A stretch of DNA of 64,000 bases from Bugula neritina (lineage: Eukaryota; Animalia; Bryozoa): assembly GCA_964035545.1 (NCBI GenBank), contig CAXIUT010000289.1, positions 105,001 to 169,000 of the forward strand, in the 5' to 3' direction. The position numbers and the translations under genes were made by a program. Shown here piece by piece: positions 56,238 through 64,000 of this stretch. Numbering within the stretch: the first letter of the stretch is position 1; the number at the start of each line of letters is the position of its first letter. The notes beneath the pieces are model-generated. The model had not been told where the DNA came from and did no database searches. It worked only from the letters and a program-made list of their open reading frames with translations.

Positions 56238-59200
56238 TGTAAGAGGCGGACTCGGTATTTGGTGTACGAGGTTACGCGAGAGTGAAGAGGAGACCGGCAA
56301 GGCATTCTATGCTTAGCGCTACTCAAGGTAAGTCGACTTATTGTTACGTGGTGTCAGACGTAAACTTGATTGTGTTATTGCCGTCTGGTAGAAGTTTGGT
56401 CCAAGTTGCGAGGTTGAATAGAACCTATTGGAATCTTCCGTTGATTGACGTGTGAGGGTTTGGAAGAACCCACTTCAGTAAGTTTATTTGAACTTTTACT
56501 CACTGTAACTGTAATCAGGATTGTTGATGGTTTAAATTATAAGTCAGGCGTAATCACATTGAATATTGTATCGTTTGTAATAATTTTTGTGTTAAAGTTA
56601 AAGGAAAGGTGGTCGAATCGAGAGACGAGCGTTTTGTTACAAAATTGAACTTTAGCGACCCGAATTTGCTAACTAGTTGGAAATTATTTAAACAACAATT
56701 TGACATTGTTAAGGTAACAAAAAAATATGGTGATATGGACAATGAGGAGCAAATAGCTAATTTGTTGTTGTTAATGGGCCCTAATGGTGTACCCATATTT
56801 AATCAATTTACTTTTCATGCTACTGCAGCTGGGAGAACACGGACATTGCAAAATGTTATGGGCATGTTTGATAAACATTTTGAACCCATTAAAAATATCA
56901 TCTATGAACGTGTGCAGTTTAATAACATTAGGCAGGGCGACCTCAACATTCATCAATTTACAACTCAAGTACAGTCGCAGGCTGATCATTGTGATTATAG
57001 AGAGATGCGCGTCCAGTTAGTGAGAGACAGAATAGTGGTTGGGGTAAATACTAGTAAGCTAAGACGGCAATTGGTAGATATTGAAAATCTTGACTTAAAC
57101 ACATGCATTCGTAAAGCTAAACAGTTCACCAGTCATCACATGCAGGCTAGGCAGATTGCAACATATGCTGCCAACACTAATATGGATGTGCTCGGTGATT
57201 TGGCTAAAAAAAGGTACTCTGAGGGGAGGAGGCAGTTTCAAGAGTCAGAGAGAGTTGGGCCTTTACCTAGAAAATGTTATTTTTGTAACAAGGTGTTCCA
57301 CAGGAGGGATAGATGTCCTGCGAGAGACAAGTTTTGCTTTGTGTGCAAGGAAAAGAGTCACTAGAGTAAGTCGAATGCTTGCAAGGGACCAAGTCAAGGC
57401 AAAAAAGTAGAAGAAGTTAATCAGGAGTTAGAAGGATTGTTTTTGGGTTCTGATTCAGATTGACTAGGCTTTGATTTTATTAATACCATAACTGAAACAC
57501 CTAAAGGTTGGCTAATTGATGTACGCTTAAATTCCCATCCAGATACATTTGAAGTGGACACTGGGGCTGCTGTTACAGCTGTCCCAGCACACTTTAATAG
57601 ATTTGTGAATGATTTACAACCTACAAGTAAGGTGTTAAAAAGCGCGGGTGATGCCAGATTAAAGGTAACGGGCCAAGTGAACACTACAATTTCTCATGGA
57701 GATGTTTCAATTGATGAGACAGTATATTTTGTGGAGAACCTTGTTACGCCATTATTAGGCAAACCGGCCATTTCTATATTGAATCTAGTTAAGTTTGTGA
57801 ATGAACTAGACCTTGGTCATAGTTTAGACAAGGCTTCGTGTATAAAAGCGTTTCCTTCTTTGTTTAAGGGGTTGGGTTTAATGAATTCGAAGGTATCTAT
57901 TTCCTTAAACACTAATGTTGAACCATTTGTTCAGAGTGTTCCAAGGAGGGTGGCAGCTGCTTGCAAGAAACCACTACAAGAAGAACTTAGAAGGATGGAG
58001 GACTTGGGAGTTATTGCAAAAATTGAGGAACCGACGGAGTGGTGCTCCCCTTGTATAGTAGTTCCCAAGAAGAATGGCAATCTTCGAGTGTGTATAGACT
58101 TCACTCAAGTAAACAAAGCAGTCAGGAGAGAGTATCATCCACTTCTCACCACTGAGGAAACATTGAGTGAACTGGGACATTCAAAGGTGTTTTCAAAACT
58201 TGATGCCAACTGCGGCTGTTGGCAGATGAAGTTAGCACAACAGTGTCAAAAGTTGACCACGTTTATAACGCTTTTCGGCAGATATTACTGTAAGAGACTC
58301 CCATTTGGGATCAGCTCAGCTCCTGAGATCTTCCAGAGGGAAATGCAGAAGGCGCTTATTGACCTCAAATGAGTTGTGTGTCATATGGATGATATTTTGA
58401 TTCATGGTACAACCACGAGGCAACACAACGAGACACTAGTGGCAGTCATGCAAAGGCTCCAAATAGCTGGAATCACACTGAATTTAGACAAGTGTGAGTT
58501 TGAAGTAAATAAGACAAAGTTTTTGGGCCATGTGATTGATGAGTCTGGGATACGGGCCGATCCGGATAAAATCAAAGCTATTATGGATTTCCCCATGCCA
58601 TCGAACAGAAGAGAACTAAGACGGTTCTTTGAAATAGTAAATTATCTAGGCAAGTTCTCTCCTCAGATTTTTAGCAACACTCACCATCTACGGCAGCTGC
58701 TGGAAAATAATGTAGAATGGAGATGGGGGTCCTCCACATACTGAACAATTTAATTGTTTAAAAACTCTGTTAGTTCAGACTCCAGTTCTAATTCCGTATT
58801 GTGTTGAGGCGGAGACTCTTGTTAGTGCTGATTCTTCATCTTACGGACTGGAAGCAGCGGTTTTGCAAAAAGTCAATGGTAATTGGCATCCTGTTGCATT
58901 TGGCTCTCGAGCTCTTACAGCAGTTGAAAGAAGATATGCACAAATTGAGAAGGAGGCTTTAGCCATTTGTTGGGCATGTAGTAAGTTCTCTTACTATTTG
59001 TCGGGTAAAGACTTCCAGATCGAGACGGATCATAAGCCATTAGTATCAGTTTTTGGGAGAGAAAGAGCTTGCTAAACTACTTTTGAGGGTACAACGGTTT
59101 AGGCTTACGATGATGTCCTACAGTTATACGATTGTATATACCCCCGGTAAGATACTTGTTCTGGCGGACGTGTTGTCTCGCAGTCCAACGGAGGTGGAAA

Positions 59201-61654
59201 TGTTGGAATGTGTGAATTCGTCAGATGTTGATGAGTTGGAAGACTCAAGTGTTCTCGGCGCTCTTGTTGAAGATCTCCCTATTTTGTCTGGCAGGCTGGC
59301 GAAAATCAAGGCGGCTCTGTTTGAGGATGAGGTAGGAGTTGTGTTGCTCCAGTATATTACAGAAGGGTGGCTTAATATTAAGTTGGTTCCTGCCGCTATC
59401 AAACCATTTTATACTTTTAGAGAGTTCATGACTCAAGTTGGTAGAGTGATTTACTATATAAATAGAGTGTTCATTCCAGAACCAGAGAGAGATCGTGTGC
59501 TTAGAAACATTCATAAGGGAAATCAAGGTGAAACCAAGTGTATAAGACGTGCGTCTGAAATCATATGGTGGCCTGGAATGACTGCACAGATCAAACAATT
59601 AGTTCAGCAATGCCTACAGTGTGAAGAACATTGAATTAAACATAGAGAACCTTTACAGACCACAGTCTTCCCAGAACAGCCGTGGTGGAGGCTTGCAGTG
59701 GATTTATTCAACTGGCAAGAACAGAATTTTGTGGTTGTGGTGGATTACTATAGTAGATATATTGTGGTAAGAGATTTGGAAGACTCCTCAGAATCTACTG
59801 TGTTAACAAAGATCCTTAACGAATTGGTATGTATGCTAGGTGTTCCAAACACTATTGTTAGTGACAACGGGCCACAATTTCGGTCACAGGTATTCCAGGA
59901 ATATTTGAGAAAATGGGACATTCAACACATTACAAGCTCTCCTCGTTATCCACAGAGTAATGAAGAGGCTGAGAGAGCTGTTCGCACTGCGAAGAACTTT
60001 TTGAAGAAAAATATAAGCTTATAGGAGTCTCTATGCTTATATAATGATATCTCACTTTTCAACGGTTACTCTCCTTCTCAGTTGTTATTTGGACGGTCAT
60101 TGAATTCTATGGGTTTTGTGAATGAAAAGGAAGTAGATGCCTCACGACTCAAGGTTTTAGAGTCTGATTATTGTGGGAGGCAGTCAATGTGGTACAACAA
60201 GAGACAGGCTGTGAGGGACAAGAGTCCATTTTAAGTAAACCAGCCTGTGGTTGTTAGGGATCCTAACAGACCTACTGTTCATGCTACGGTAATTGGAGCG
60301 AGAGGCAGGGAAGTTCTTGTTGCAAGGGATAATGGAGTAGTGTTGCGCAGAAACCGAGCTCATATCTCTCGATCTACTGACGTTCGTGGATCTTTTACTG
60401 ATTCTCCTCAACGGGGGTTAGGTCCAAGTGTTCCCCACTTGCCTATCAGACAGACCGATGTCCCTGTTAGACCCACGGAAATTGCAACTTCTTTTCGAGA
60501 AGACAATTCTCCCCATCAAATACCGGTAACACCCCAGAGTTCGTCCTTTGTAACAACCAGGGGGAGGGTCTCTAGGCTCCTCAAGAGACTTAATCTTTAA
60601 TCAGTGATAGAGTTGGACGACTCTATCAAATAACATTGTGTTGTAGATCATGAGGACTTACATCATCGGAAACTCTATTGTTCGGGGATTGGAAGATCTC
60701 TCATGGACTACGATCAGAATCTCAGGAGCCAACTGGGAGACTCTATTTAGTTACGTAAACAATAATCAACGTAGATTTTCAAACTCTATTATCTATTTCC
60801 ATATAGGTCCGGTTAGATTTTCACAAATGAATTCATCTAGAAGGTGTTCTCCGGTGACAAATAGTAATGTTGAACCAGATAGCTTTTTCAATCCGTACTT
60901 TGAAACATTTTATATCAACCATATTCATATTATTCTCTGCACAATCTACCGTCTTGATTTTCAAAAGTATAATGGCGTGTTTAATTCTAGGAACACAGAC
61001 TTCACCTGTAGAATACGTAGCATGGTGGTATCAGAGAATAGAAGGATAGTAGGTTTTAACATGTCGTCGGGGTTTGCCGCCCCATATATGCATAAAAGAG
61101 TTTTTACAAGACGACATGGAACATACTCGTTTAGAGATAGATTTCTCAGAGATGGATTACACCCAAATAATTTGATATTGAGAGACTGGATAGAAGAGTT
61201 AAAACGTGTACAGAGGATAAACCTGTACAGGGTTATACGACGTCCCGAGCGTGCACGTTAGATAGTCGCATTTTTTTTGCTCTTTCATAACGTTTGTTTC
61301 AAATGTTTGAACAAAGATAAAAAAAAATTAGAGTGACTTTCTGAAGACCATACGAGGTGCCAGGCGAGCACTTTATATGTTCATCTCTATTTGTTACTTA
61401 CATTAACATTTGTTAAAAATATATATATCTATATATGTATACACCCCTGAGCCTAGAAGCCATACTGCTCTCTTGTGTGCTGGTTTTGTTGTAGAGTGGT
61501 GTGGAAGCACCCGCAAAAAGGGGGAACAGTGACTTGGTGAGAAAGTGTAAGAGGTGGACTCGGTATTTGGTACGAGGTCACGCGAGAGTGGAGAGGAAAC
61601 CGGCGAGGCATTCTATGCTTAGCGCTACTCAAGGTTAGTCGACTTATTGTTACG
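56238..61654 (+). mobile_element. Full-length decayed Gypsy element with short LTRs (56238-56348, 61546-61654) and an extra ORF after pol
   Basis: LTR pair differs by about 6 substitutions and one 2-bp indel; PBS TGGTGTCAGA (tRNA-Leu-like) at 56349. Two CCHC knuckles, VDTGAA, HMDD, IEKEALA, SDNGPQF; about 8 stops/frameshifts. Confidence 0.93.
60650..61261 (+). CDS. SGNH/GDSL-hydrolase-like protein (203 aa) encoded inside the Gypsy element, between pol and the 3' LTR
   Basis: Block I YIIGNSIVR (GDS-like), block II ISGA, block III region IYFHIG, block V RDGLHPN (DxxH). Open frame; acceptor tgtgttgtag immediately before ATC-ATG. Confidence 0.75.
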   Translation: MRTYIIGNSIVRGLEDLSWTTIRISGANWETLFSYVNNNQRRFSNSIIYFHIGPVRFSQMNSSRRCSPVTNSNVEPDSFFNPYFETFYINHIHIILCTIYRLDFQKYNGVFNSRNTDFTCRIRSMVVSENRRIVGFNMSSGFAAPYMHKRVFTRRHGTYSFRDRFLRDGLHPNNLILRDWIEELKRVQRINLYRVIRRPERAR

Positions 61655-62022
61655 ACAACTTAAAAAATTTACAAAAAGTAAGTAAAAACAGTTTTCTACT
61701 CGCCTCTTCAACACATATGTTCCGCAAGTGTTAAAACTACAATGGCTGAATAATAATGTCAATACATTTTTATTAAAAAAATCACAACTCTAAGTCAATA
61801 AGTTCTCTCACAAATTGACCGACTTTTTGTACCCCTATGACCGTTGTGCCCCGTTACCTCTACTCTGGATTGTTAATCTGCAAGCATCTTGTCTTAAATA
61901 CCCACAATTATTGTGAACTTTATGAATTTACAACAACAGATCTAAAACTGTTACATAGCTTCTGGCAAATGCTTTATATAACATAAAGCAATGTCGAAAG
62001 CTAAAAATTTTGATATAAATAA

Positions 62023-62320
62023 TGCGATGAATTATGGTACCTCAGAAGTGGCAACTTCTATACTTACTTGGCTACCTTAGCGCTGCCATCATCTGCGATA
62101 TGTTAAGCAACGCCCCAGTCTAATACCATAATACATTGCTACGCTATATCTCTGGATAATGGATGTGATTGGCTAATCGGGATGGGGCTAATTATCATAG
62201 GATCATTAGCAGCTTACATCAGCAGCAGGCAGTTGAATAGTAGCAATTGGCTAGTTAAATTTAATGCATAGTTATTGTGAAGCTATGTAATTCTTCTCAT
62301 TTTAGTTTATTTGCTTTAGT
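62023..62320 (+). mobile_element. Truncated solo LTR related to LTR 25871-26268
   Basis: Aligns to the reverse complement of ~25990-26268 (e.g. GAATTATG, GCTACCTT, CTAATACCATAATACA, GATCATTA). Confidence 0.75.
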
Positions 62321-63308
62321 TCTAGGTTCATCTTTAAAAGATTTTTGCAACTAAATTAAATGACTAAAATGTTGAGCAAATGTAGGACATTGTAGTTGAC
62401 TAATCTAGTCTTTAAGTCCAAAACAGTTTATTAAATCACAAAAATGCAAATAATATTATCAGAAAACTATACAAAAGTATTATATTATATATAATAGGTA
62501 AATAAAAGCAAAAATTGGGTAGAGAATGGTGGGGATAGCTGAGCCATGAATTGCGTTTTTAAGCATGTAGGTTGTGAATAAACTTTTTGCCAACTCAAAG
62601 GCTAGCACCATAAAAGTCATTCATATGTTGCTGTCTTTATTCAATAAAATAAAATGCATAAATATTTTACTCACTTGGATAGAGAGCCCAATTTTTTGAC
62701 TGTAAGTTTTTGGAACTACGTGCCCGGTATAGCTTTTTGTTATGTTTACGAAAGAAATCTATGACCGCTCCTTTTGCCTCTTCAAAACTGTCATATGTGT
62801 CGGCCCAATCAGCGCCTGGCATACAAATGGTTTAGCAATTTCAGAAAAGAAGATTGCCTGATATTAGCAATTACAGTTATAGAAGCTTATATTAATTTTT
62901 TGAACACATTATTTCTTTAAAGTATAACTGACCGATCAGTATTATTTTTCATCATGCTGCAATGGAAGTTGATTAACAAGTATACAATTTTTAAAATGAA
63001 ATTAAGATACCGAATTAATTTGCAATGAATAGAAAAAGATGATTTATATTTATTCAGCACTAAAAAGGAGTTTATTTTAAATTTAAGAATTCTACAAACT
63101 TTTTTAAAGAGTTGAGAGTCACAAAAGTTACTGGAGCAAACAGTTTTATACAAACATTTGTATGTTACAAAGATATCTGCTTCCAATATTAATAACAACA
63201 GATTTAAAACATTTCCAAATAAACAAAAACAAATCCTAATAAGTTTGGAATCGACACCACCTATTGTTATACATGGTTATACTACAAATTCCATAAAATT
63301 GTACATGT

Positions 63309-63596
<288 letters not shown>

Positions 63597-63949
63597 TCAC
63601 GTGTATATCATGTGTATATGACATGTATATCACAAATATATCATGTGTATATCATGTGTATATCACAAATACATCATGTGTATATCATATATGTATATCA
63701 CATGTATATAGTAGTTAGTACTATGTCACATACAAATAATATTAGAGTAGTGAATAATATTTATGGCAAAGAGTGATGATTACATGGCAGATACGATACA
63801 GACTAACATTGAAGAGTAAAATTGAGTACCTGTATACTTGGAAGATGCTGCATTAAGTTTGATTGAATTGCAGGTGTCAACCAATTTGCATTTGACACAC
63901 GAGAAGACACATTGCATTGTAGCTGCAGCCCTGATACTTGAATCTGCAG

Positions 63950-63951
<2 letters not shown>

Positions 63952-64000
<49 letters not shown>
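63952..64000. repeat. (TA)n microsatellite running off the window end
   Basis: Directly visible. Confidence 0.98.

Noticed and set aside
55310-61863. Scattered TTGTGCCCC motifs (~55328, ~56076, ~61844) suggesting a DNA transposon that hosts the Gypsy element
   Set aside because: Only one putative terminus is visible; boundaries and class could not be established.

Overview
AT-rich animal (invertebrate-like; inferred from GT-AG introns, RTE/Penelope/Gypsy repeats and microsatellites) genomic DNA. About 60% is transposon-derived. Retroelements: one intact, very young Mag-type Gypsy element (9743-14557); several decayed or nested Gypsy elements; RTE-type LINE and Penelope fragments; two tRNA-derived SINEs. 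DNA transposons: two copies of a CACTA/EnSpm-like MITE and a probable Academ relic. Two spliced genes that the ORF track misses can be assembled by hand with consistent intron phases. (i) An 8-exon gene (2482-6910, 388 aa): four CxxC pairs, a Thr-rich linker and a C-terminal chromodomain. (ii) A 3-exon gene (28824-32971, 491 aa): RING-like domain, Gly/Ala-rich glycine-zipper helices and 22-aa amphipathic repeats. Gene (ii) belongs to a local tandem family, with a second terminal exon at 51021-51838 and a frameshifted RING exon at 20956-21098. The most unusual TE observation is that two unrelated Gypsy lineages carry non-env accessory ORFs in the env position, each preceded by a splice acceptor. 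One encodes an SGNH/GDSL-hydrolase-like protein (60650-61261, with a matching donor in the 5' LTR). The other encodes a tandem zinc-finger plus coiled-coil protein (two diverged copies, at ~49195 and ~19478). All domain calls come from reading motifs by eye; no database search was run.
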